62,266 bases of DNA, filler included, from Actinomycetota bacterium (GCA_025963875.1; 8 parts of 8 records of this genome joined end to end with filler, not necessarily neighbours in it); one strand, 5' to 3'. Positions 1 to 9,977 are shown, counted from the first letter of the whole stretch. The notes: generated by a model from the sequence alone, not told the origin. A program made the numbers and translations.

Positions 1-590
1 CCGGCGGCCGAGCCCTTGAAGGATGCGTCGCCGAAGTTGAACATCCCACCGTCGGAGGCAACCATCCAGTAGCCGTTGCCCGATGCCGTCCCCGCCATGC
101 CGACGATGGGCTGGTTGAGGCGGATCGAGCCGGTCGAGCCTCGGAAGGCCGCGTCGCCGAAGGCGAAGATGCCGCCGTCGGAGGCCACCAGCCAGTAGCC
201 GTTGCCCGACGGGGTGGGGGCCATGCCGACGATGGGCTTGTTGAGGCGGATCGATCCGGTCGAGCCCAGAAATCTCGCGTCGCCGAAGGAGAAGATGCCG
301 CCGTCGGAGGCCACCAGCCAGTAGCCGTTGCCGGAGCGGGTGCCGGCGATGCCCACGATCGGCTGGTTGAGCCGGATCGAGCCGGTCGAACCGAAGAACC
401 GTGCGTCGCCGAAGTTGAAGATGCCGCCATCGGTGGCCGTCATCCAGTAGCCGTTGCCCGAGGGGGTGGACGCGATGCCCACGACCGGCTGGTTGAGGTG
501 GATCCCCGTGGTCGAGCCGAAGGACTGGGCAGCGCCGAAGGGCAGGACGGCGCCGGCGGAGGACGCCATCCAGAAGCCTTGGCCCGTCGG
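1..590 (-). repeat. Intragenic 126-bp (42-aa) tandem repeats, about 5 copies
   Basis: ccagtagccgttgcc at 66, 192, 318, 444 and a variant at 570; exact 126-bp period. Confidence 0.9.
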
Positions 591-1691
591 CGGGGCAGGG
601 ATCCCGGGGCCCGGGGACGGCGGCGCAGGAGGCGGGGCCTGGGGGGGCGTCGGCGGGAGAGGGGCCGCGGGCGTCACTGCGTTCGAGGTGGCGGCGGGAC
701 CGCTGCCGGCGCCATTGGCGGCCGTGACCGCGAAGGCGTAGGTGGTGCCGTTGGTGAGACCGGAGAATCCGGACAGGGAGGTCGCTGCCCCCACGGTGAT
801 CCTGGCACCACTCGGCGAGGCGGTGACCGCGTAGGCGGTGATCGCCTGTCCCCCGTTGGAGCTCGGCGGCGTCCAGGTGACCTGCGCCCCGCCGATCGAG
901 GCCGTGGCCTGCACCGACGAAGGCGCTCCCGGCACGGTGAAGGGCGTTGCGGAAGCCGCCGGCCCGGCCGGCCCCCGGCCGACGCCGTTCAGCGCAGAGA
1001 CGGTGAAGGAGTAGGAGGTCCCGTTGGCGAATCCGTTGATCGTGGTCGACGTGGAAGCTCCGGATGCAACGGACTCGCTGAGCCCATCGGAGGGCCGGGC
1101 CGGCGAGTAGTCGATGGCGTAGCCGGTGATGGGCGAGCCGCCGTCGCCGCTCGGAGCCGACCAGCTCAGGTTGACCCCCCCGTTGTGCGGCGTGACCGTG
1201 GGAGCCCCTGGGGCCCCCGGCGGGGTGGGCACGGCGCAGTTCGTGGTACACACCGCCCCGACCGACCATACCGGATGGATCTCGTCCGGGCTGCTGTTGA
1301 AGGCCTGGGTATCGATCACCCACGGCCCGACGAGGCGGACGTGGGCCCCGAGGGCCGGCGGCGTGAGCGAGTCGAGCGGGACGATCTCGGCGTGCATCGT
1401 CTTGGGGAAGGTTCCCTGAAGCGAGGAATCCACCTGGATGTCGAAGCTCCAGTCACCGTCGGTCTCCACAGATCGTGAGCTGTTGCGGGAGACGATGGTC
1501 CCGGTCACGACCACGCAGCTCGACTTGACGCTGAGCCGGCTGGGGTCGTGCACGCCGGCGCTGGGATCGGATTTGCACGCCGGGTCCGACGCCGCGGTGG
1601 TGCCGGCGGAGAACCCGCCAAGCGCGAACGCCAGCACCGCCACCAGCGGGACCGGCGCGAGCCAGCGCCGGATCCTTCGCGTCCCCCCCAA
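1..1691 (-). CDS. Secreted modular protein: signal peptide, unknown beta-rich N-domain, 2x fibronectin type III, Pro linker, 42-aa [12 protein letters not shown] repeats (3' end beyond window)
   Basis: Hand translation of the minus strand (absent from the ORF track because it runs off the window): [16 protein letters not shown] signal; FN3 motifs [19 protein letters not shown] and [17 protein letters not shown]; repeats [29 protein letters not shown] start at 1691 is tentative. Confidence 0.85.
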   Translation of the reverse strand, partial: MGGTRRIRRWLAPVPLVAVLAFALGGFSAGTTAASDPACKSDPSAGVHDPSRLSVKSSCVVVTGTIVSRNSSRSVETDGDWSFDIQVDSSLQGTFPKTMHAEIVPLDSLTPPALGAHVRLVGPWVIDTQAFNSSPDEIHPVWSVGAVCTTNCAVPTPPGAPGAPTVTPHNGGVNLSWSAPSGDGGSPITGYAIDYSPARPSDGLSESVASGASTSTTINGFANGTSYSFTVSALNGVGRGPAGPAASATPFTVPGAPSSVQATASIGGAQVTWTPPSSNGGQAITAYAVTASPSGARITVGAATSLSGFSGLTNGTTYAFAVTAANGAGSGPAATSNAVTPAAPLPPTPPQAPPPAPPSPGPGIPAPPTGQGFWMASSAGAVLPFGAAQSFGSTTGIHLNQPVVGIASTPSGNGYWMTATDGGIFNFGDARFFGSTGSIRLNQPIVGIAGTRSGNGYWLVASDGGIFSFGDARFLGSTGSIRLNKPIVGMAPTPSGNGYWLVASDGGIFAFGDAAFRGSTGSIRLNQPIVGMAGTASGNGYWMVASDGGMFNFGDASFKGSAA

Positions 1692-1880
1692 CCTTCAGCC
1701 CATCCTCTCTGTCCGGATCCGCAGCGGATCCGTTGCGAAAGGGGGGTTCGGGCGCGTGCTACCTCCGACGCAAGTGCCAAGGCCGGACCCCCCCGGGTGC
1801 ACGTTCACACATAGCATGACCCATGAGGGGCCCTCGAAATACCGCCGGGCCGTTAGGTTTCCTTCAGGTTTGCCCCTGGC

Positions 1881-1917
1881 GTGACCAGAGCGTGACCAGA
1901 GCGTGTTGGAGTGTCAC
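1881..1917. promoter_or_regulatory. GTGAC-N6-GTGAC direct repeats, possible OmpR-family (GlnR/MtrA-like) site
   Basis: GTGAC at 1881 and 1892, GTGTT at 1903 and GTCAC at 1913, in a divergent intergenic region. Confidence 0.35.
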
Positions 1918-2049
1918 CAACCCAAGTGCCGGGAAAGGACTAGTTGTATCGAAGGATGTATGTGACATCGAACAGTGATACATGCTACGATGCCGATGTT
2001 CTGGGTGGGTCGGAAGTCTCAGGTTGGGTGGTACGAGAGGAGGCGGGGC

Positions 2050-3966
2050 ATGCTGCACCCGATGGTGCACTTCGTGGCACAGGCGGTGGCGACAACCGAC
2101 GGGAAGAACGAACACTGGCCGAGCACCTACTGGCTGGTGCTGGGCGTCCCGCTCGCCTTCTACATGGCGTGCTCGCTGCTCCTCAACGCCTTCGGCCACA
2201 GCGACCAGAAGAACCCCATCCGGTACTTCTTCGACTCGATCAGCAACGCGCTCGAGCGCATGACCGGTATCGCCGGATGGGCGATGGCGGGGATCCTCAC
2301 CGGTCTGCTGTTCCTGCTGGTCGCCGCCATCGGCCTGTACTGGGACGTCGCATGGCACGTCGACTTCGGCCGTGACATCGGCACCCTCTTCACACCTCCC
2401 CACGTCACCATCCTGTTCGGTCTCGGCGGCCTGATCTTCGCCTCCGTCATCTCCATCTCCTTCGCCACGGCCCAGGAAGCGCCGACCAAGCTCCGCTTCG
2501 GCAACCTGCGGGTGCCCTACGGAGGCCTCCTCCTCGGGGTCATGGGCCTCGCCGCCATCGCCGCCTTCCCGCTCGACAACCTGTGGCACTGGGCCTACGG
2601 CCTCGACGTGACCCTCTGGAGCCCCACCCACCTCCAGCTTGTGACCGGCGGGTCGATGGGCACCTTCGCCGTCGTCCTGCTGCTCGCCGAGGCACTTCCC
2701 TTCTCCAAGCCGAAGCCGTTCGGACGCTTCTGGATGGTCGTGGCCTGCGGCGCCCTGCTCACCGCCACCACCACCTACCTTGGTGAGTTCGACTTCCGCG
2801 TCCCCCAGTTCAACCCGATCTACCTTCCGATCCTCACGATGGCCGCCGCCGGCTTCGCCCTGGTGTTCGCCCGCATCGCCCTCGGCAAGTGGGGCGCCGT
2901 CAAGGCGGTCGTGGCCTTCCTGATCATCCGCACCACCGTCAGTGGCCTCGTCGCCAGCCTGCACCACGAGTTCGCGATGTTCCCGCTGTACCTCCCCTCG
3001 GCCCTCGCCATCGAGGCAGCCGCCTGGTGGATCGGGACTGAGAACCGCCTCAAGTTCGGGCTCGTGGCCGGCGCTCTCGTCGGCACGGTCGGGCTCATCG
3101 GTGAGTCCATCTGGTACAGCGTCTCGGGATGGTTCCCGGCCGGGCCGAACTCGGCCCAGCTGATCCTCCCGACGATCCTGCTCGCCACCCCCGCCGCCAT
3201 CGCAGCCGCTGTCCTCGGCGCCGGGTTCGGCAAGGCGTTCCACAAGGGCAGGCGCTCGATGCCGGTGGGGGCCCTGGTGGCAGCCGGTGCCGTGCTGCTC
3301 GCCGCACTGTTCATCCCACTGCCCCGCAACGTGGGCAACGTGCAGACCAACATCAAGCTGACCCCGTCCGCCGACGGCAAGACCGGCACCGTGACGGTCC
3401 AGGTGACACCGGCCGACGCCGCCAACAAGGCCATCTTCTTCGGCATCGCCTCCTGGCAGGGCGGCGGCACCAGGCGGGTGCTGCTCAACGAGACCTCGCC
3501 GGGCGTGTACACGGAGTCGACGCCCATCCCGATCGCCGGCAAGTGGAAGTCCATGGTCGCCCTCGTCAAGGGAAGCTGGAACATGGCAGCCCCGATCTAC
3601 CTCCCGGCCGACCCGTTCATCCACGCCCGCGCGATCCCGGCGGTTCCGGAGCGGGACGTCGCCATGGTCCGCAACACCAAGCTGCTGCTGCGGGAGCAGC
3701 ACGGCGGCCCGGCGTGGCCGTCGCAACTTGGGTGGACGGGTCTGGCGCTGTCCGTGACCCTGTTGGTCGGTCTCATTGCCTACTCGGCCAGCAAGATCGA
3801 CAACGACGACGACGACGCCTCGTACCACCCGTACGATTCCGGCCACCGGGAGCCGGCCTACAGCAGCAGCCGCAACGGCTCCACCAATGGGAACGGGTTG
3901 TGGAGGCCGGAGCCGGCCACGGTGCCCGCAACCCGGTGGAACCCGGGCGGACTCACCCGTTCCTGA
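2050..3966 (+). CDS. Multi-pass membrane protein with two PmoC/AmoC-like DxxWH...PxH motifs and a C-terminal extracytoplasmic beta domain
   Basis: ORF 1975-3966; ATG 2050 follows a GAGAGGAGG SD. Many TM helices; motifs WDVAWHVDFGRDIGTLFTPPH and LDNLWHWAYGLDVTLWSPTH. Confidence 0.8.
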   Translation: MLHPMVHFVAQAVATTDGKNEHWPSTYWLVLGVPLAFYMACSLLLNAFGHSDQKNPIRYFFDSISNALERMTGIAGWAMAGILTGLLFLLVAAIGLYWDVAWHVDFGRDIGTLFTPPHVTILFGLGGLIFASVISISFATAQEAPTKLRFGNLRVPYGGLLLGVMGLAAIAAFPLDNLWHWAYGLDVTLWSPTHLQLVTGGSMGTFAVVLLLAEALPFSKPKPFGRFWMVVACGALLTATTTYLGEFDFRVPQFNPIYLPILTMAAAGFALVFARIALGKWGAVKAVVAFLIIRTTVSGLVASLHHEFAMFPLYLPSALAIEAAAWWIGTENRLKFGLVAGALVGTVGLIGESIWYSVSGWFPAGPNSAQLILPTILLATPAAIAAAVLGAGFGKAFHKGRRSMPVGALVAAGAVLLAALFIPLPRNVGNVQTNIKLTPSADGKTGTVTVQVTPADAANKAIFFGIASWQGGGTRRVLLNETSPGVYTESTPIPIAGKWKSMVALVKGSWNMAAPIYLPADPFIHARAIPAVPERDVAMVRNTKLLLREQHGGPAWPSQLGWTGLALSVTLLVGLIAYSASKIDNDDDDASYHPYDSGHREPAYSSSRNGSTNGNGLWRPEPATVPATRWNPGGLTRS

Positions 3967-3987
3967 CGCAACTCCGAAACGACACCT

Positions 3988-4013
3988 CAGACGGGGCCTC
4001 CGGGCCCCGTCTG
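3988..4013 (+). terminator. GC-rich stem-loop after the membrane protein gene
   Basis: cagacggggcc-tccg-ggccccgtctg, perfect 11-bp stem, no U tract. Confidence 0.55.
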
Positions 4014-4083
4014 GCGCGTCCGGCACGCTATTTGGACTTTTCACTCCCGCAACGACCCGGCACCCAGCACGCGGCACCGGCCA

Positions 4084-4112
4084 TTGCATCGAACGATGGA
4101 GGCACGTAATCT
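4084..4112 (+). promoter_or_regulatory. Putative sigmaA promoter of glnA
   Basis: TTGCAT-N17-TAATCT. Confidence 0.45.
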
Positions 4113-4171
4113 TGCCCACGCCCGGAGCCCTGACTCTCCGGTGTACCCGGCCGTTTTGACAGGAGGTAGAC

Positions 4172-5587
4172 ATGGCAGAAACGCCCAAAGACGTCCTCGC
4201 GCTCGCCAAGGACAGCGGAGTCAAGATCGTTGATCTCCGCTTCTGTGATCTCCCGGGTCTCATGCAGCACTTCTCGATGCCGGTCAGCGAGCTCACCGAG
4301 GACAGCTTTGCCGACGGTTTCGGGTTCGACGGCTCGTCGATCCGTGGGTTCCAGGCCATCCACGAGTCCGACATGCTGCTGATCCCGGACCCGACGACTG
4401 CCGTGCTCGACCCGTTCCGAGACGTCCCGACCCTGCTGATGAACTGCTTCATCGAGGACCCGATCACGCGCCAGAGCTACTCCAGGGACCCGCGCTACAT
4501 CGCCAAGAAGGCACAGGAGCGGCTGATCGCGACCGGCATCGCCGACACCTCGTACTGGGGGCCGGAGCTCGAGTTCTACATCTTCGACGAGGCCCGCTTC
4601 GACCAGAACCAGCACGAGGGCTACTACCACGTCGACTCGGCGGAAGCGATCTGGGGATCGGGCAACCCCGGCGCCCGTGGCTACCGGCCCCGGTACAAGG
4701 AGGGGTACTTCCCCGTTCCGCCCATGGACCAGGGCCAGGACATCCGCAGCGAGATGATCCTCACGATGATCGACATGGGCATCGACATCGAGCTGCAGCA
4801 CCACGAGGTCGGCACCGCCGGCCAGTCCGAGATCGACATGCGCTTCAGCCCGCTCCTGGCGATGGCCGACAAGGTCATGACCTACAAGTACGTGGTGAAG
4901 AACACGGCGTGGAAGCACGGCAAGACGGCGACGTTCATGCCGAAGCCGCTCTTCGGCGACAACGGGTCGGGGATGCACGTGCACTCGTCGCTGTGGAAGG
5001 ACGGGCAGCCGCTGTTCTTCGATGCCGCCGGCTACGGGGGGCTCAGCGAGACCGCACGCCACTACGTCGGCGGCATGCTGCTCCACGCCCCAGCCCTGCT
5101 GGCGTTCTGCGCCCCGACGACCAATTCCTACCGCCGGCTGGTGCCGGGCTACGAGGCGCCGATCAACCTCGTGTACTCCCAGCGCAACCGCTCGGCGTGC
5201 GTCCGGATCCCCATGTACTCCAACAACCCCAAGGCCAAGCGGATCGAGTTCCGCTGCCCCGACCCGTCCGCGAACCCGTACCTCGCCTTCTCGGCGATGC
5301 TGCAGGCGGGCCTCGACGGCGTCCTCAACAAGATCGAGCCGCCCGACCCGGTGGACCAGGACATCTACGAGCTGGGACCGGAGGAGTCCAAGAATCTGAG
5401 GATCGTGCCCGGCTCGCTCGAGGACGTCCTCGACGCCCTGGAGGAGGACCACGCGTTCCTGACCGAGGGCGGCGTGTTCGGCGAGGACGTGATCGACACC
5501 TGGATCGAGTACAAGCGGACCAAGGAAGTCGACCAGATCAGGCTCCGGCCGCACCCGTGGGAGTTCATGCTCTACTACGACCTCTAA
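4172..5587 (+). CDS. glnA: Glutamine synthetase type I
   Basis: [54 protein letters not shown], adenylylation-site Tyr (DIYEL), [11 protein letters not shown] end; AGGAGG SD. Confidence 0.98.
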   Translation: MAETPKDVLALAKDSGVKIVDLRFCDLPGLMQHFSMPVSELTEDSFADGFGFDGSSIRGFQAIHESDMLLIPDPTTAVLDPFRDVPTLLMNCFIEDPITRQSYSRDPRYIAKKAQERLIATGIADTSYWGPELEFYIFDEARFDQNQHEGYYHVDSAEAIWGSGNPGARGYRPRYKEGYFPVPPMDQGQDIRSEMILTMIDMGIDIELQHHEVGTAGQSEIDMRFSPLLAMADKVMTYKYVVKNTAWKHGKTATFMPKPLFGDNGSGMHVHSSLWKDGQPLFFDAAGYGGLSETARHYVGGMLLHAPALLAFCAPTTNSYRRLVPGYEAPINLVYSQRNRSACVRIPMYSNNPKAKRIEFRCPDPSANPYLAFSAMLQAGLDGVLNKIEPPDPVDQDIYELGPEESKNLRIVPGSLEDVLDALEEDHAFLTEGGVFGEDVIDTWIEYKRTKEVDQIRLRPHPWEFMLYYDL

Positions 5588-5591
5588 AATA

Positions 5592-5618
5592 ATCCGGCGC
5601 CTTGAGGGGCGCCTCGGG
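5592..5618 (+). repeat. 27-bp dispersed REP-like repeat, copy 1
   Basis: atccggcgccttgaggggcgcctcggg; identical at 49276-49302, reverse complement at 34105-34131 and 34136-34162. Confidence 0.85.
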
Positions 5619-5639
5619 ACCGTCTCAGGATTGTGCTGC

Positions 5640-5674
5640 AAAGGCCGCCGGCATACCCGGCGGCCTTTGCTTTT
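5640..5674 (+). terminator. Intrinsic terminator of glnA
   Basis: aaaggccgccgg-catac-ccggcggccttt followed by gctttt. Confidence 0.85.
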
Positions 5675-5785
5675 ACGGTTGCTTTACTGTGCTTCCTTTT
5701 CGTCCTTTAGGACCGGTCCGGGCGTTCCCAGTTCCGCAGGTCTGAAACATCGCATGAGAATTTCCTAAGGGGAACGTTAAGAACC

Positions 5786-5823
5786 GTAACAAGAACGTAA
5801 CCCCGGAGATACAAAAACGAAAT
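5786..5823 (+). promoter_or_regulatory. GlnR-box-like array upstream of the APC permease
   Basis: GTAAC-N6-GTAAC-N6-GATAC-N6-GAAAT, matching the gTnAc-n6-GaAAc tandem pattern; possible -10 TATCTT just downstream. Confidence 0.65.
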
Positions 5824-5971
5824 CCCTTCCGCCTATCTTCGCCAGAGGGGCTGGTACCAGACTGGCCCGGTCCTTCGACCGCTCCCGCGGTGGGGGGCCT
5901 GCACGGTGTGTTGATCTAGTGCGTTCCGGGGGCCCACTTAAAGGCAGCACCGAGCAGAAGGGAAGCAGTCG

Positions 5972-7308
5972 ATGGCTGATGTCGAAGAAGTAGAGATGAA
6001 GCGGAGCCTCACGCTCACCGGGGTTACCGTCAACGCCATGGCGCTGATCGCGCCCGGAGCATTCCTCTGGACCACGTTCCAGGTCCAGGCCGCACAGTCG
6101 GCAGGCGGCAAGTCCACCGCCAACGAGATGTGGACGGGTCTGCTGTTCGCGCTGGTGCTCGCGTTCCTCACCGCCTACAGCTACAGCGAGCTCGCCCGGA
6201 TCTACCCCGACGCGGGGGCCGGCTCGAGCTACTACTTCGCCGAGGCGGCCCTGCTGGACAAGGAGAAGGCGCAGCATAGAAAGCTGGCCCGCTTCATGAA
6301 GCTCACGGTGGGCTGGATCAGCCACCTGTACTACTGGATCTACCCGGGCATCATGGTCGCCTTCGGCGGCATCCTCGTCAGCTACATCTACACGACGATC
6401 ACCGGCGGCAAAGTGCTCGGCTACCCCGCCCTTGCTCTCGTCGCCATCATTTTCGCCTTCCTCTGCGGCTACATCGCCTACCGAGGGGTGAGCGGTTCGA
6501 CCACCGCCGCGATCGCGGTGAACGTCATCCAGATCACCACGCTCGTGGCCTTCGGCATCGTCGCCATCCTGTTCCGCCTCAACCACCCGCACCTGGGCAC
6601 CTACATGCAGCCGAACGCGGTGCACATCCTGGTGCCGCACAGCCTGTTGTTCGTGCTGTACCAGTCCACCATCGCCATCCTGCTTCTGGTCGGGTTCGAA
6701 TCGGTCACGGCCCTCGGGGCCGAGGCCCTGCGGCCGGAGAAGGACATCCGGCGGGGCATCCTTCTCAGCCTGCTCATCCAGGGCGGCATCTGCTACCTGT
6801 TCGAGTACTTCGCCTCCAACTTCGCCATCAGCGACGTCACGAATGCAGCCAGCGGCAGCGGAGCGAGCGCCATCGCCGGCGGCTACTCGTCCGCCGGAGC
6901 GAGCAGCGCCCCCATCGCCGACATGTTGAAGGTCTTCGGCGACCGGATGCTGGGCCACACCGGCACCACGCTGGCTCTGATCATGGCGTTCACCGTGCTC
7001 CTGGCCCTGATCGGCACCACGCTCGCCTGCCTGAACACCGGCGTGCGCATCACGTACGTCATGGGCAGGGACAAGGAGATGCCCGGCGTCCTGGGGCTGC
7101 TCCATGGCAAGTACGCCACACCGCACGGGGGCATCTGGATCCTCACGGGCCTCTCGGCACTCCTGGGCATCTACGGCGTGCACAACGTCGACAACCTGAC
7201 TCAGATCACCCTGGCGTCCAATACCGGCACGTTCCTCGTCTACGGCCTCTCGTGCCTGATCACGATCATCGCCTTCGCCAGCCGGCACGACAAGCACCTT
7301 TTCAAGCA
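5972..7308 (+). CDS. APC-superfamily amino acid/amine permease (truncated by contig end)
   Basis: YSELARIYPDAGAGSSYYF, LLVGFES, RITYVMGRDKEMP, HGKYATPH; multiple TM helices. Confidence 0.9.
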
Positions 7309-7408
7309 NNNNNNNNNNNNNNNNNNNNNNNNNNNNNNNNNNNNNNNNNNNNTTAATTAATTAANNNNNNNNNNNNNNNNNNNNNNNNNNNNNNNNNNNN
7401 NNNNNNNN
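7309..7408. other. Artificial contig linker
   Basis: N44-TTAATTAATTAA-N44. Confidence 0.98.
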
Positions 7409-7447
7409 ACCCACCGCACGAGCCTGTCCCGAGGCAAGGAGCGGTTC

Positions 7448-9967
7448 ATGGACGACAACAGCGGCAGATCTTCCGGGACCACTGGGCCGTTGACGAACGG
7501 CCGGCGGGACGGCGGGCCGCCCGCGGCCGACGACCGTTACAAGTGGATCGCCCTCTCCAACACCACGTTGGGGATCTTCATGGCCACGCTCGACTCCTCG
7601 ATTGTCATCATCTCGCTCCCGGCGATCTTCCGGGGCATCAAGCTGAATCCGCTGGTCCCCGCCAACATCGGCTACCTGTTGTGGATGCTGATGGGCTACC
7701 TCGTCGTCACGGCCGTCCTCGTGGTGACGCTGGGCCGCATCGGCGACATCTTCGGCCGGGTCAAGATGTACAACCTGGGTTTTGCGATCTTCACGGTTGC
7801 GTCGGCTGCGCTGTCGCTGACACCCTGGCACGGGCCGGCAGGTGCGATGTGGCTGATCGTCGGCCGGGTGATCCAGGGAATCGGCGGCGCCCTGCTGATG
7901 GCGAACTCGACAGCCATCCTCACCGACGCCTTCCCCGTGCAGGAGCGGGGCATGGCCATGGGGATCAACATGATCGCGGCCATTCTCGGCTCCTTCATCG
8001 GCCTGGTGGTCGGGGGCCTCCTCGCGGATATCCAGTGGCGTGCGGTGTTCTGGATCAACATCCCCTTCGGAGTCTTCGGGACAATCTGGGCGTACCGACG
8101 CCTCCGGGACATGGGCCAGCGGACCCCCTCGAGCATCGACTGGTGGGGCAACCTGACCTTCGGTGTGGGCCTGGTGGCGGTGCTGATCGGCATGACCTAC
8201 GGCCTGCTGCCGTACGGCGGCCACAACATGGGCTGGACGAGCCCCATGGTCCTGTCGCTCATCATCGGGGGCCTGGTGATGCTCGTCGTGTTCGCATGGG
8301 TGGAACGGCATGTCGCCAACCCGATGTTCGAGCTGGGTCTCTTCAAGATCCGGGCGTTCACGGCCGGGAACATCGCGAGCCTCCTGTCGTCGATCGGACG
8401 GGGGGGCCTGATGTTCATGGTGGTCATCTGGCTCCAGGGCATCTGGCTGCCGCTGCACGGCTACAGTTTTGAACGGACGCCCCTGTGGGCCGGGATCTAC
8501 ATGCTGCCCACCACTGCGGGCTTCCTCGTTGCAGGACCGATCTCGGGCTGGCTCTCGGACCGCTACGGCGCCCGGCCGTTCGCCACCGGCGGCATGATCG
8601 TTGCAGCGGTGACCTTCGCGCTCCTCATGGGGCTGCCCGCCAACTTCTCCTACCCCGCCTTCGGGCTTCTCCTGTTCCTGAACGGCATCGGCTTCGGCCT
8701 CTTCGCCGCCCCGAACACCACCGGGATCATGAACTCCGTGCCTGCCCGCCAGCGCGGCGCGGCCTCCGGGATGCGGGCGACCTTCCAGAACAGCGGCATG
8801 CTGGTGTCCATCGGGCTGTTCTTCTCGCTCATGATCGCCGGGCTGGCCTCGGCCCTCCCGCGCAGCATGAGCGCCGGCCTCATCGGGCAGGGAGTGCCCG
8901 CCGCGGTGGCCAACCAGGTCTCGCACCTCCCCCCCGTCGGGAGTCTGTTCGCTGCGTTTCTCGGCTACAACCCGATGAGGAACCTGCTCGGGCCGGTCCT
9001 GAACACCCTCCCTGCGGCAAGGGCCAGCTACATCACGGGCACGACCTTCTTCCCGCAGCTCATCTCGGAGCCGTTCATGCACGGACTGCGGATCGTCTTC
9101 AGCGCGGCAGTCGTGATGTCGCTGGTCGCGGCGGCTGCCTCGTGGCTACGGGGAGAGAAGTACGTCCATGCCGAAGAGGAAACGGCTGCCGAGGCCCCGG
9201 GCGTTGCGGCCCTGGTTGCCGCAGACGGCGTCGTGGTCGCACCGGAGCAAACGAGGGAACCCGCGCTGGTTGAGGCTCCCCACAACCGAACGCGGCCGGA
9301 GCGCGAGGTGCGCATCGATGCCCTGGAGGCGCCGGGGGACCTCAGGGGCAAACTGGGGGAGGCGCTGCTGGCCTTCTCTGCTGCCCAACCGGCGCTCGCC
9401 GCCGTGCGGTCTGCGCTTGCTTCCGGGCGCCCGCCTCGTCCCGACGATCTCGCCGTCTTTGACAGGGCTGCCTCCACGCTGGCCGACATCGCTCGCCCGC
9501 TCGGCATCGACCCGGCACGGGCGACCCTGGGCGAGGTCGAAGCCCGGCTCGCCGCCTTGGAGGAGTCTCTCGGCGTCCGCCACTCCCTGCGTCGCCTCGC
9601 CGCCGCAAGCGGTCCGGCGGTCGCGGACGCTGGTCTGGGCGGCCTCTCTGCGGAGGCGGACCGTCTCGCCGAGGCGGCATCGTGGTCCGCGGAGGACGAA
9701 AGCCGGGCGTCCGTCCTCGTCGAGCTCGTGGAGCTGTCCGACGTCGCCACCAACGGCGGCGATGACGAGCGGATCCTCAGCCTCGATGCCGAGCTTCGCA
9801 CTGCGCTCGGGCCGGGCGCCGCCTCCGTCGTCCTGGCTGCCGCCCGCGGCCGCCTTGTCCTCCCGCCCGACCCACTCGTGAACTCTCCCGGACCGGGCCC
9901 CAACGGGCCGCGCAACGAGAGCTCCCACCCGGGCGAGCGGCCGCGGTCACATCTCCGCGCCGAGTAG
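7448..9967 (+). CDS. MFS transporter (DHA2/EmrB-like) with a ~270-aa C-terminal soluble extension
   Basis: LDSSIVIISLPAI, GRIGDIFGR motif A, GWLSDRYGAR; the extension is homologous to the N-terminus of the ABC ATPase at 10897. Confidence 0.92.
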   Translation: MDDNSGRSSGTTGPLTNGRRDGGPPAADDRYKWIALSNTTLGIFMATLDSSIVIISLPAIFRGIKLNPLVPANIGYLLWMLMGYLVVTAVLVVTLGRIGDIFGRVKMYNLGFAIFTVASAALSLTPWHGPAGAMWLIVGRVIQGIGGALLMANSTAILTDAFPVQERGMAMGINMIAAILGSFIGLVVGGLLADIQWRAVFWINIPFGVFGTIWAYRRLRDMGQRTPSSIDWWGNLTFGVGLVAVLIGMTYGLLPYGGHNMGWTSPMVLSLIIGGLVMLVVFAWVERHVANPMFELGLFKIRAFTAGNIASLLSSIGRGGLMFMVVIWLQGIWLPLHGYSFERTPLWAGIYMLPTTAGFLVAGPISGWLSDRYGARPFATGGMIVAAVTFALLMGLPANFSYPAFGLLLFLNGIGFGLFAAPNTTGIMNSVPARQRGAASGMRATFQNSGMLVSIGLFFSLMIAGLASALPRSMSAGLIGQGVPAAVANQVSHLPPVGSLFAAFLGYNPMRNLLGPVLNTLPAARASYITGTTFFPQLISEPFMHGLRIVFSAAVVMSLVAAAASWLRGEKYVHAEEETAAEAPGVAALVAADGVVVAPEQTREPALVEAPHNRTRPEREVRIDALEAPGDLRGKLGEALLAFSAAQPALAAVRSALASGRPPRPDDLAVFDRAASTLADIARPLGIDPARATLGEVEARLAALEESLGVRHSLRRLAAASGPAVADAGLGGLSAEADRLAEAASWSAEDESRASVLVELVELSDVATNGGDDERILSLDAELRTALGPGAASVVLAAARGRLVLPPDPLVNSPGPGPNGPRNESSHPGERPRSHLRAE

Positions 9968-9977
9968 GGTCGGGTCT

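Noticed and set aside
1695..1703. ATG-GGC-TGA in frame with the secreted protein (possible readthrough or selenocysteine)
   Set aside because: It would fall in a signal peptide, no SECIS is evident, and a downstream TTG start suffices.
1714..1732. Perfect palindrome cggatccgc-a-gcggatccg in a 5' region
   Set aside because: Single GC-rich occurrence with no supporting context.
1864..4467. 867-aa minus-strand ORF and similar long ORFs (7361-9082, 46887-48716, 53528-56116, 60218-61888)
   Set aside because: Antisense shadows of real high-GC genes; no motifs.
7309..7408. Repeated TTAATTAATTAA within N runs (7 times)
   Set aside because: Six-frame-stop concatenation linker, not biological; neighbourhoods across linkers (e.g. 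DyP next to hydrogenase) were not interpreted.
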